In this document: positions 15,066 through 26,959 of the stretch, piece by piece
Numbering within the stretch: the stretch's first letter is position 1
How the letters are laid out: each line of letters opens with the position of its first letter
Source of the DNA: Macrostomum lignano
Taxonomy: Eukaryota
NCBI GenBank assembly: GCA_002269645.1
Contig: NIVC01000433.1
Span: 65,641 to 129,640 of the forward strand
Reading direction: 5' to 3'
DNA: 64,000 bases
Made by a program: the position numbers and the translations under genes
The notes under the pieces: model-generated
The model's input: the letters and a program-made list of their open reading frames with translations, nothing else
What the model was told of the DNA's origin: nothing
Database searches by the model: none

Positions 15066-16626
15066 GTCAGACAGACAGACAGACAGACAGACAGTCAGAC
15101 AGACAGACAGACAGTCAGTATAAAGCATTATGCACCTCCCTCAGGCGGTGTGCCATACGTCAAGCGAGTCACCGTGCAGTGGCAGTTTGTACAGCCGGGC
15201 CCCCTGCCCGATCAGATCATGCCGGCCATCGGTCGGGTCAAGGACGCCCTGCGGCACTTGAAAAATGGCGTCACTCAGGCCGAAGCAATGATGAGGAGGC
15301 AGCATAATAGCAATAAGATCAGAAGTTATAATAGTTTAAAGGAAGATAAAAAGTTCACGCGAAAGGTAAATATAGGCTACTTTTGTGTTGTTTAATGATG
15401 ATGGCGTAGGCGCCCACTGGCATTTGGCAATGGGGAGTTGCAGTTCCGGAGCTGAAAAATCTCGTTCATTGATTTTGTCTACTCATCTGATACTTGCGAT
15501 ATGACAGCTGAAACGTATTCTATAATAGTTTGGAATTTAGATGCATAAAAGTTTGTTCTTGTTAAAAAGTTGGACAAGGGTACTTGGCTTCTCTGCCAAG
15601 ATTCTCTGCAGATTTAGCGGTTAATAGTTTGTCATGGGAGGGAACTTTTACCCAATTGATAGTATGTAGCTTTGTTCATACTAAATTCAACTAAACAAAT
15701 TTCAGTTCAAGCGAAAGGAAGCCGTCCTCCAGGCTTGCAAGGAGACCCTACGGCAGACGCAGTTCGCAGACGCCACCGACAAGCTTATCCGACTGTCAGT
15801 CAAGTGTCAGCATCAGCTGCTCAAATCGCACCTGTCCACAGAGAAGCGCCGATCTGGCCTATTCATCGAAGAATTCACCGATGTGAACTTCAACGTTCAA
15901 ATCGAGTCGCCGGCAACTTCGAGTTTCGCGGCGGTCTACTCGCCCCTGGTGAACCGATTTCGCTGTTTGGTGTTCAGAGTCCAATTGTCTGACCCGTTCG
16001 CTACCAAACTGACCAAGCTGATGACTGACTCGTTCAATCAACGAATGAAACACAGAAGGCGCTCAACTAAGAAAGTTTATCGATTAGTGAAGAAGCTGAT
16101 TGAGACCAGGCTATTGGCTACACTGTCCATGACAGAACTGCCTACCAACGCCAGACAGGGCTTCGTGAAGTTCATACCGCGAACCAACGGTACTCAATCG
16201 GCAATGAGGCCAATCTCTACCAGGCCGCAGCGTCGCAGCTTCGGTCGGCGACGGCGGCGGCGGCCGCTGCGGCACAGGCAGCGGCGATTCAGAAAAAGGC
16301 TAAAAAAGTTTTTAAAAAGACACACAATGCTGCAAGACGTCATCAGCGAACTGCAGTTAGAGTTTGATAGCTTCAATAAAAGCTTGTCAGACAGCTTGTC
16401 CGGTTCAAGGACTCCCAACAGCGAGGCCACTGGTTGGACGCCAAGATTTTCGATGGACTTGAAAACAGATCCGATCAATCCGCTGCCAATGGAGTACCTG
16501 GCTGTGTACGTTTACGCGGCGCCCGTGTCTCGGTTGAGTCGGCCGGGGCCGCACCGGAGACCCTACTCGCTGTTTGGCTTTAAAATTGATGGATACATTT
16601 CTTCGGCAAAACTGAGACGCATGTGA
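11378..16626 (+). CDS. Multi-exon gene of unknown function. Proposed exons 11378-11559, 12809-13369 (or ATG at 12793), 14249-14746, 15145-15365, 15706-16626; 5' end probably further upstream
   Basis: Consecutive GT-AG junctions keep the frame: CAG|GTAAGC 11559 (phase 1) to CAG|AC 12809; ATG|GTGAGT 13369 (phase 1) to CAG|AC 14249; GGG|GTGAGT 14746 (phase 1) to CAG|GC 15145; AAG|GTAAAT 15365 (phase 0) to TTCAG|TTC 15706, open to stop at 16626. AATAAA at 16766. From ATG 12793 the CDS is 2217 nt (738 aa). Family not recognised. Confidence 0.7.
11641..12677. mobile_element. hAT (Charlie/MER5-like) non-autonomous element filled with a GA-rich tandem tract, in an intron
   Basis: Right end GCGGGCCGCATGTGGCCCG...GTTGCCAACCACTG resembles Charlie-type termini. 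Left end CAGGAGTTGGCGAG matches the right TIR at 10/14. Flanks agctacac / aactagac match at 6/8, fitting a degenerate 8-bp TSD. Confidence 0.6.
11675..12555. repeat. Polypurine (GA-rich) tandem tract, mostly 21-bp unit gagaagggagaggagagaaga
   Basis: Direct inspection; 7-aa periodicity in the overlapping ORFs. Confidence 0.95.
13430..14130. repeat. GATCCCA/GATCCCC/GATCTTC 7-mer-based minisatellite, intronic
   Basis: Direct inspection; explains ORFs 13198-14124, 13250-13966 and 13374-14030. Confidence 0.97.
14764..15118. repeat. (AGAC)n microsatellite, intronic
   Basis: Direct inspection. Confidence 0.97.
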
Positions 16627-16912
16627 GGCAGTGACAGACATTGCAATCCGCACGCGCTCAAAGGGATTTTTTGATTAGGCGAGCTGCTGAATTTTATGAA
16701 CCTTAGAAACTTTGGATGTATGAAAACTGAAATGGCTGAAAGGTAGGGCATCTGTTAAAGTCAGGAATAAAACTCAGATGTTATCAGCAGCAGACTGTTG
16801 GTTACACCAAGGACAGAATGAACTCAGATATACTCTGAGGGAACTTGCTGTGCATATATTTATATACACAGCATGAACACAACGATGCTACCTTTGTGCA
16901 GTTAGCCATGAA

Positions 16913-17190
16913 GGGGTTGTAACCTAGTGATTAGAGCGTCAGACTCACGACTGAAACGTCGGGGGTTCGATTCTTGACCCACCCAGGACAATTTAGACAA
17001 CTTAACTTTGCATTGCTTCAGTTCACCCAGCTGTAAAATGGGTGCCAGCATTAGCTGGGTTAATTGAGGGGGTGTGAGGCGACCCCCCAGCCCTCGGACT
17101 GAACAGCCGTACACAGCCTTCAGATGCGCAGCGCAATAGCTGCGGCTGAGCTGTCGATTGCACATCTGCCCATTACTGCCCATACTTAGT
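16913..17190 (+). mobile_element. tRNA-derived SINE with a CORE/V-like central domain
   Basis: tRNA-like head with A-box-like TAGTGATTAGAG and B box GGTTCGATTC (16964-16973). It is followed by ACAACTTAACTTTGCATTGCTTCAGTTCACCCAGCTGTAAAATGGG, resembling the CORE/V-SINE conserved domain. Confidence 0.7.
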
Positions 17191-20100
17191 TCGTATATAC
17201 TTTAGCTGAAAATTCTGTAGTTAAGCATTTTTTCCGTTTGAAAATTTTATCTTTAATGACGATTCGGCAGCAAGTCTAACTCAACCCCTGAAGTGTAATG
17301 CAACTTCAGATTTTCCGTACATTCGTGCGCACGAAACCATGTTGCGTCTGAAACTGTAGAGCAGTTTTTGCGCCAAGTTTCACCTGCGGCACTTGCATAT
17401 AACCTCCCCAACGGACAGCAGCAAATCGTTAATGAATTCCGGTGAATGAAAAAAATTGACACATAAAGCAACCGAGCGACGCACTTTTGAACAAAGTGGA
17501 TAAAAAATTAACATTTCAGCAACTCCTGTTGTTTTAGCCACTTTCCCGTAAAAGTACATAGTTTTAGTTTCCTCATTGACGTGTCTAACAAAAACTGCTT
17601 CAAGTTGATCGCGCGCATTGTTCGATAATCTAGTTATCCATTCAAAGTTTCCATTGGCGTTTAAAGCTTTGTATTTTTTTATTAATATCATTTTGAAAGG
17701 AAAAATTATGTTTTTGGTAGATCTTCCAGGGGAGAACTACTCGTAATAATTCCCGAGAATAGTTGCCGACGACCAAGACACAATTATGAATGAGCTAAAA
17801 TTTTGTTGTTTCGTCAATGCTACCTTTATTTTTGTGTTATTACTCGCGCATTATATTATCTCGCTCTTGTTTCGGAATTGTAACCGCATTTGCATTTTTG
17901 TCGATTACATTTAAATTTCTATATAATGCCTCCCCGCAATGCCGTGCATACGAATACAAATTTCCTGAAAACAGCCATCCGTATTGACTTTTTGTGAAAC
18001 AATCGACCTAGACTGGCTACTACCTCAATCGCGCTTGCGAAAATGCATACGTGTTTTTGTGAACTCAGTTAGCTATATTATATGAATAGTTATGCAGTGT
18101 GCAGTAACGTTGAATTTTGAGGATTAAAAGAAGCCGGGAAAGTCACGATAGATAATTCAACTCTTAGAAATAATTATAGAACGTCTAAACTGTTTTTTAT
18201 CATTTTTACTCTTTTTATTCCTAATGAGAATCGTTTATACAATCAATTTTCAAGTATTTTTCGCAGCCGCTTTTGTGTGTGATTGAAACATTTTTTAAAA
18301 TTCTCGTAAAGAAACTGTTTCAGTTGAGAACCAGAGCCTCGGGTTCAAGCGGATCTTTAAGTAATACGACGGCCCTATGCACTCTTGCTAATGTCAAAGG
18401 GATGTAGCAGCAGCAGCAGCATCTTACATGTAATAATTTTACTATATTTTCGTTCTTTTGCTCTTTTCGCTTTTTTGCGCCCCGTATTAAAACAAACCGG
18501 CTTTGTGTTGCCGCTTGCAGCGAACCAGTGCGCAAGCGATTATAAATAAATGCATACAATAATAACCCATTGTCATGTGCATATGCAGCATTAATTTCAT
18601 AGAATTTCTCTGTTAATCTGCTCATTTATCATTGTTCATAAATTGAGATTCAAACACGGAGTTTAGCTTGTTAAAGATTAAGGATCTGTATGATGTATTG
18701 TAGCTACGCCACCATAAATTGTAAAAAAATGATGATAAAGACGATTGGTAGTTTAGTAAAAGTACTTTTGTTTAGAAAGCGGTGAATAGAGCATGTCAAG
18801 AGTTTAGCCAGTGCGTTAGTTCCAAGTTTATTGCTGTTTTCACAAATAGAATTGGGATAATAAAATATGCGACAATACAGCTGCCAAGTATGTGACGTTC
18901 GGTGTACGCAGAAATAAAATTACATAGATTTTACTGTAGGTGGGTACTTCGGGGATAAATTGACGACAGAATATACGGATTGCAAGCTGGAGAACCGATC
19001 GACATTCGTTGCGGGACTTCTATTAATGTTATTAATCGTTTTTCGTCCATCTAGTCATCGCCACGATTCGACACGCATCAGCGCCGACGATTTGATTTCA
19101 ATCTTCGACTTCTATCGGTTTCGTACTCCAACTGCAGGTCGGACACAGACATGAGCTCCCTAGTTTGCGGCTGGTCGGCCTGACTCGATTGCGCAATTGG
19201 ACGATTCATTTGAAAAGCGGAATTATTAGACAGGCTAGCGGCCGATTTTCCAGCAGTTGTTGAAGAGACCAGACTAGCCGAACTCCGGGAATCGGCGGCG
19301 GCTCTTTCCAGTCTGGAACGGCGCGGGTCCAATACGGACAGCAAAGCCTCGAGATTTTGCACCACCATTGCTAGAGAGCCGGGTGGCAGGTCGGAAGATG
19401 ACTGGCCTGCGTTCGGATCAGATGAGATTATTTTTGCGTAACACTAATAATTAAGCAGAACGCGTGAACAACTCTGCCCTGAACATATTCAAAGAGAGAA
19501 TCTAGTCATGGATGATGTAAAAAATAAAAACTAACCAGATCTGTGTTCAGAAGCTCGAGGCCGACGAAAATCTTTGCGCAGTTTAGACGCGTTGGAATAT
19601 TGCGATTGACGGCGCAACTCGTGGCGACTATCGACACCAATGCTTGGCTTGTTGGAGAAATTGCTGCGACTGTCTTTGTGTACTAGAGATGGATACAGTG
19701 GTGTGCATCTATAAAGTTTGTAAAGCTAAGCGGCACATGGTTAACGGTTATTTCCAGGGCAAGATCGGATATTAATTTCAATGGCGATCGTTCAGCACAC
19801 GAAACAAGGAGTTTTCTCTGGACAAGATTGCATGTATATTATTCTTCTTGCTTCTTATCCAAATCATCTGGCTACTTGGGTCATTTCAGGGTATTTGCAG
19901 GTAAAACAGGAAAGAAGCGCCTCTAGACGACTTTAAAACGACGAGATGTCACGCTACAAGTCGCCAAAAAGTCGTTAGAGTCGCCCAAGAGTCAATTGGA
20001 GGCGTTTTTTTGTCTGCGATTTTAGGCGTGCTAGAGTGGCTTTAGAATCACTGGGTTGCGGCTAAAGTGCAGCTGCGTCTTTATTAATTAGAATCGCATT

Positions 20101-21235
20101 CCGCATTTATAACAACTCCATCTAGTCTACTTGAGTTAGTAGAAGGCTAAGCGCTAATACAGCGACACAGTGATGCTCTCATGACTCAACAGTCGCATTA
20201 CAGTCGTTGGAGTCGTTAAAAAGTCACAAGAGTCACCCCAGAGTAATGAGCTGTTTGCAATGACTCTTTAGCGATTCTTGTCACGGTAAAGTTTTAAACA
20301 GGTTAATGTTCATTAAGACCCGGTTATTACTTTTCATTCCTAATTCCTGTGCAGCAACCTATATCGACCGACGTTTCCAAAATCTCGACGTCGCTGGCAA
20401 ATTGGTACTTCTACAACATCGACAATTACAATTGCACCGACGTTCGGTCGACCTATAATGTTGTTATGCGTCGGCATAGTGTAAAAATACTTTCATTTGC
20501 CAGCGACGTCCATGTACGTTGTCATCGTCGGAATGTTGCACAAAATTGCAGATGCTATGCAGGACTACACAGTAACAATAGAATATGCGTTAATGCATCA
20601 GCTACCTCTCGAGGATTTAGAAGTGCGACCAACGCCGAGTTTGCTCCAACTGCATCCGGTAACAGCGTCGCGATTGTTGTTATCCTTGTTCAAATCGGCG
20701 GCCTTCGAGACTTGCGCGTTAGATCTCGCTGGCAATTCAACACCTGTGATTTTTGCATTAGCCGGAACGGGAGACTCCGAGATGGAATCGGCTCTGCTTT
20801 CGGTGCCTGGAATTTATCGAAAAAATTTACGACTAAGCCATACTCATATGAATAGATTTCTACTGAGAAATGTGTAGCTATTTAAAAAATACTTGTTTTT
20901 GTTTAGGTATCAGAATCCGTCGAACATCTGACAGAAAGACTCCCGGAAGACCACAGAACAGTTAAAGCATGTTGACGGACCCTATAAACGAAGCTCTAAA
21001 TGCAGCACCCTAACAGACTGCTAATAATGCAGTCTTAATGTCTTTAAATCGTAGATAATCTAGATTACGAATTCTGCTCACTAAGGATCTTACTGAATCT
21101 ATAGGCACCAGTTTATATCCTATCGGCAAGTAAATTTACATCAAAAGAGCAGCATAATAGCATAACTAGATATAATACCATAACACTGCCAAAACAATAC
21201 TAAGATTAAGACGACAAAAACCAGGAAAGCAAAAG

Positions 21236-21682
21236 CTACTGACATATGTCGGCCGCATCCAAGATCAGTTGAGGTTTTCTTCGAGAGCTAGCAGCGCGAT
21301 TACAATCGGGACTCTCAGACGTTTCCGCGCGATAATCGGGCACAGTTCGAGCGCAATTGTTTCGACCTAGATTTTGACTGTCGCCTTGTACTTTTGGTTT
21401 GTCAACAGCCCGCAGTACCGGGTGCAGAGTAAGCCGGCCGCACCGGTCATGAGTGGCAAACACGGACAGGTCAAATCCAATCGACAGAGGCACGCTGCTC
21501 AACTTGGTGCTCCAATTATCTGCCGATAAATCTGCTTGATGATGCTGTTTTTTTTCGCTGCTCTGCGTCTGCTGCTGCTGCTGGTGGTGTTGCTGCGCAG
21601 AAGGCGGCTCTTGATTTGAAAACGACGAGCAAGACAGTTCAGCGTCCTGCTTTGCTCTACCGCTTTCAACTAGCGCGGTCAT
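21236..21682 (-). CDS. Isolated 148-aa ORF with a poly-Gln tract; possible orphan gene or exon
   Basis: ATG-initiated, non-repetitive, protein-like composition; no recognisable domain. Confidence 0.25.
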   Translation of the reverse strand: MTALVESGRAKQDAELSCSSFSNQEPPSAQQHHQQQQQTQSSEKKQHHQADLSADNWSTKLSSVPLSIGFDLSVFATHDRCGRLTLHPVLRAVDKPKVQGDSQNLGRNNCARTVPDYRAETSESPDCNRAASSRRKPQLILDAADICQ

Positions 21683-22174
21683 CTTTTATTGTTGTCTCTT
21701 AGCTAGTTGCCGGTTAAAGTGCACTTGGTTCGCGCTATACTGATAGTTCAACCTCAGGTCGCTCTTGTAGTCTTTTTTACGTAGAGATCAGAGCTTGATT
21801 TCTTTTATGCTAAAAATCTATACTGGAAGAAATGTCTATGGTATAAATCATATGTATTTACGTTTTCCCTGATTTTACAAAGAAAAATGAGTGAGACGGT
21901 CGGTCAAGTGGGCAGAAACAGTATCGATTTAACAGCATGCGAAATATATAACAGCAGACTCGTTCACACCGTTCGCCGTCAAATGCGGTCATTTTTCTGT
22001 AATCACACAGCCTGTAAATTTTTTTCATAAATTTCTATAGCTATCAGTCGTACAATTTGATTACCACTTTTAACAATCCTTAAGACTATAAAATGCACTT
22101 TTGATCCTAAAACTAGGTTGTACTGACTCCTGAAACTTAGACTCTTATGGTGGCTATGCAATCGTGACCACTCT

Positions 22175-23370
22175 ATGCACCTGCACAAATGGCTTGGTGT
22201 CTTCGCTGACTTTGTAGAAAACAAAGGCTGGGACGGGGTACAATCTGCTTCGAAGCTGAAGCCGAAGCTGTTGCATGATAAAGCCCAGATCTGCGTTTGG
22301 GATCTACCGGGATCTGATAGGAAAAGCTACAAAAAGATAAAAGCGGTGCAACAAAAGCAGTTTGGTGGAGCAAGTAGTCAGCATCGCGCCATGGAAGAGT
22401 TCCAAGATCGACGGAGAAACAGCGCAGAAACACTGCAAGAGCTTTCGTATTCCTTAAAGCTGCTGTACATGACAGCCATCAGACCATCAGGCTGCTTTCG
22501 GTGCGACAAGGAAGGTCACATCGCTCGCCGGTGGCCTGCTGGCGGATCTCAGGGCCGAGGTCACTGCTCCAACTGGTCCGGCTAGGGTCACAGCGCGGCC
22601 GTCTCTCCATCAAAGGTTTGGCCGTCGGGAAACTTCTGAAGGTTAGTGGCGAAGAGCCAGCTCCAATCCGCAATCAAGTGCCCAATGAGCACTCTCCATC
22701 TTCATGCAAGCAGTGGCTGCAAGCGACATCACTGCCGTCGAGGCCATGGGATACGGTCCAGATCAATATCAAAGGTCCGCTGTCAAGGACGCCACAAGAC
22801 AACATTAATGTGCTGAGCAGGTGGCCGACGCTCTGGTCAGGCAGGTAGGGCTTCGGCAGGGCATTCCAGACGCAATCCACAGCGACTAAGGGTGTCAATT
22901 CGAAAGCCAACTGTTCCTGTCTCTGTGCCAGCGGCGCGGCATGCAGAAAAGCCACACTTCGATTTTCTATCTCAGCGGCGGTTGTGGCCGAGGATTAAGA
23001 CGACCTTTATCAACTCGCCTTTGTCACGTGGCCCTTCAACAGCTCAGTGCACTCTAGCATGGGTCTGTCGCCGAACCAGACGCTGCACGGATGGCCACAA
23101 AGGCTGCCAATCGACGCCAAGCTGCACAGCACGACTTCACTGATGCGCTGGACTTTGCAGAGGCAACTCAGCCGGGCGCATGTTTATCAGCAGCTGCAGG
23201 GGTTACAGGCCGAGCGCAACGAGCGTAAAACATGGAAACTCGGTTCCGACCGTACAGGAGGGCGACCTGGTGATGCTGAGCTGCAAGGTGGTGAAACCTG
23301 ACAGATCGAAAAGCCTCAGTAACGGCTAGACCGGGCCGTCATCATCTTGAAGAAGGTACTCGCACGTGGA
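22175..23370 (+). mobile_element. Degenerate, internally deleted Ty3/Gypsy LTR retrotransposon (gag remnant plus integrase remnant)
   Basis: Gag-like helical region followed by zinc knuckle CFRCDKEGHIARRW (CX2CX4HX4C with the last Cys mutated). Integrase motifs PSRPWDTVQINIKGPL..N.NVL and RQGIPDAIHSD*GCQFES, and a C-terminal GDLVML-type region in shifted frames. LTRs not found. Confidence 0.8.
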
Positions 23371-23475
23371 TTTTAGAGATGCCATCCATTGCAGCAAAGG
23401 TTTATTTTGGCGAAAGCAAGTTATCACCACTTTTTACGAAAATCTGAATCCATTTGCTGCCATTTAGGTTGTGCA

Positions 23476-24290
23476 TTAATATGCCTGCCAGGCTCGGAGA
23501 AATGCAGCAATCGAGTGCCCACTCTCAAGTGTCGGCAGAATGTCTCAAAGCTCGCATTCACTGGCGCGTACCTAGCATGCACTTGTGGTGGGGTGGTGGG
23601 TGACAGGTTGGCCTTGGTGCACTTGCTGCTTCAGATGCTGCACCCGCTCTGCGTCACGCTAAAGTGCGGTCAGCAGAAGATAGAAATTCGGCACTTTCTC
23701 ACCACGCTATTTGAACTGCGCATGCCAAGCCTAGGTGGCATAACTGCAGGGCTGTCCCGGAGGGGACACAGCGGGAAGGCGCGGGCGCCCATTCCGCTAA
23801 CCTAGGTGGCATTGTTGTCATTGTGTACTGTTCAGACGCAAATGGCATCCCGGTCCCACATAGGGTACTGTAGTCAGGTTGCATGCACATATTCTGTCAG
23901 CTCTAACAAGGCGCTGATTCGCTCTTGCCATTGCTGCAAGGCCATCCAGCATGCAAGGAAACGGCGGACAAGGAATCGAAAGCAGCATGCGTACCAATAA
24001 CTTGAATGCAGGGGTAGTTGCATACTGCACCTGCAATCCAATGGTCTGGGCTTGCCTAAAAACAGCCCAATAATAATGACAAAAACTACCACAGACTTGG
24101 GCTGCCAAATAAAATGGCTTGCCAGGTGGCCTACTCAAAGTTGCAAATAAGTTGGACAGGTGCATTACCTATCAACTCCCATACCTGCTGGAATCAGGCC
24201 TGGTAGTCAGCCTGAGCCTTATCTGACATCAGAAAAAATGTCAATGGTACCAGGCACTCTTGGTTATCAAAGCGAATAGCTGTACAACTG
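23476..24290 (-). pseudogene. Degenerate MULE (Mutator-like) DDE transposase
   Basis: Stitched minus-strand frames give QLYS..VPLTFFLMSDKAQADY, NFE*ATWQAI, GSFCHYYWAVFRQAQTIGLQVQY..RMLLSIP, EYVHAT*L..MW and *AWHAQFK..NFYLLLTAL*RDAE..FLRA. This is the motif order of animal MULE transposases (DFE, CxFH, TNNxxEGWH), with multiple stops and frameshifts. Confidence 0.8.
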
Positions 24291-25307
24291 AATTAAAGTA
24301 TAGCAGAATGCATCCAGAGGACAGGATCTCACACTGTTACAGACATGAAGACATGCTGTCTATTTGTTTCTGGCATAGTAACGTCTTGCAAATGAAACTC
24401 TCTAAGGGCGCATGCTTTGGATCAACCTGAAAAAAATATTAGGTGACTCCATAGGGTGGCTTTTTGCAGTAATAATTAGAATTGTAACTTAACGAATTAA
24501 CATTAATCACTATCTACACTTATTGTCAGAGTTCTCTTGCTTTTTTCTCAGTGATAATGCGAGCAGATTTGAATTGTACTCACTTTGCTTCCACTTTTAC
24601 CTCAGCTGCCATACATATTTTTTTCAACTGGCTGATTAACTGGATTGCAAGTGTGCTTTTTCAAGGTGTCAATGGTTCTATTTAGGCATATAGCAGCTAG
24701 GCCCAGGCATTTTGGTGCAGTTTTGTTGCAATGGTAACAGGTGTTGCCATTTTGCTGGCTCTTGACATGTATCAATCAGTCAAGATTATGCCCAATAAAC
24801 TGCACTAGCAAGTCTGTCTTATTGAAAGGGTTGATTTGATTTTGAAGATAAAGATCCAAAGGAGGTAGAAGAAAAACTCTGTATTTTGTAAAAATGCAAT
24901 TTATTCTTTTTTAGTCTTTACCAAAAGAGAGGCAATTGCCTATCTTACTTTTCTTTTAAGACCTAGGTATATCTTATACTTAATAAATATTATATTATAG
25001 CCAGCCAGGCTTCTCTATATTTAAGCTTTTTAATTAATTATCCATTTTATTATAGTTTAAAAGTTTAGGCTAAATAACATACTTGTCATTTTATCTTATA
25101 TATTAGAATGGTGCAAGTTTTGAAGAAAATTAGTTAAGTGGTTTTTTTCTGAAATTGATCATATAAAAAGTCATAAGCAAACCATTTTTAGTATATGGAC
25201 TGGCAATCTTCGCCCCCAATGGGGGACATCTGGATAGAATCTTTGTTCTTTACAAGTAACAAAGAGATAATGAAAAAACAACAGAAATTTCCTCTAAAAA
25301 GAAAACA

Positions 25308-25545
25308 TCCCAAGATAGCAAGCATCCCCAGATAGCATGCCAGCATCTCCCAGATAGCAAGCATCCCCCAGATAGCAAGCAAGAATCCACCAGATAGCAA
25401 GCATCCCCTAGACAGCAAGCATCTCCTAGATAGCAAGCATCCCCCAGATAGCAAGCATCCCCCAAATAGCAAGCATCCCCCAGATAGCAAGCATCCCCCA
25501 GATAGCAAGCATCCCCCAGATAGCAAGCATCACCTAGATAGCAAC
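25308..25545. repeat. 18-bp minisatellite (cagatagcaagcatcccc), about 12-13 copies
   Basis: 6-aa periodicity (GCLLSG) in ORF 25188-25526. Confidence 0.93.
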
Positions 25546-26959
25546 CCCTCCCCCTAATAATATAGCAATTTAGTATATGGATATTAAAATATGAAATAGG
25601 GCCTAGTTAAATTACTTAATCAAAAAACTTTATAAGCTTTGGTTTAAATAAAACAATTTGCTAGGCCAATAGAAAAATGAAAAACAATTAGGCCTAGAAT
25701 TATGACATTAAAAGATGACAAACATTGAAAAATGTTGTATAAGATGTTTGTGGCAAAATAATAGGAAACATATAATGCCATTCTTATACATATTAAACAG
25801 AATCATCTAGGCCAATGTGTACCAACAATAAGTATACATAAATTTAAAATTATAGTTGGTTTCAAGATGGCCATGCATTAAATACTTAGGCCTAGGCCTG
25901 CTTCTAATCTTAAGCAGTAATTATCATAACTGAAGTCTGGAGCTTTCAAATTATCATTTCGACTAGGTTTTTAGCTATTGACTAGCTACAAATAGACAAT
26001 TACTGTATCTGGAATCTGGTCATTTGGATACAGGATACTATGTAGGCCCTATTTTGTTGCTTTTAAGTTTCAGTAGACAATAGCCTAAAGCGTAGGTACC
26101 ATAGTAAGCCAAATTCAGGTTAATCAAATGAGTGATAATTTAATTTATTACCTCACTCTGCTTACCTCACAATTATAGAGATAGGTTCTGAATCACGTTA
26201 CGCAGTAACTTAGTGTCACAGCATGCATTCGCGATTCACATATCATCTCGAAAAGACACGCGAGCAAAATGTGAAACCAATTTAATCTGACGGACCAGTC
26301 GACTTGAATACAAATTAACAAAATTAGGTTTAAGCTTAAAGTGAACTACAAAGAAAAAATCCCAAGTTTTTACAACTATGGTGAAAGGGTTCATGACTTA
26401 AGCGTCTAGAACATTTATGCTGTATCTGTTGGAATACTTCTAGGCCCACTAGTGTGCAGCAGGACATCTATCGGTTTACGTTCTAAAATATCGCTACGCA
26501 GGTTAGGTCCCGTCACAAATCCCTACTCAGTCCTTCCTTCCCTATTCCAAATCCAAACATAATTGGCTACCCAAACCAAACGGAGTAATAAATTAACGTT
26601 AAATACGTGGCGCTCACCTTCGACTGGTGCTGCTGCTGGAGCACCCACTACTGTTACGTAGTATACTACATTTATACATTCTTAGATGTACATTATACAG
26701 AAATACTAAATTATACATTAAAAGCATTATTACAATAATGCTACAATATATAGTATACTACAATACTACAGTCCTTGGTTCCGTGACTCCTCAGACAGCC
26801 AAATCTCATCAAGATAATAAATACATAGACCGCGCGTTGGGTGAGGGAAGGCCGGGTTAGAGAAAGGGGTGGCAGCCAGGTCAAAGCCAATACGGTTGCG
26901 TGGGTGAGACGACAGAAATGAACGAGATAATACAACAAAAACAGAAACAAAATACGCGA

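Noticed and set aside
17380-17691. 103-aa minus-strand ORF in AT-rich DNA, possibly a transposon relic
   Set aside because: No diagnostic motif recognised.
19915-20300. Cluster of GTCG/CGAC/GAGTC motifs suggesting a MITE
   Set aside because: Could not define matching TIRs or a TSD.
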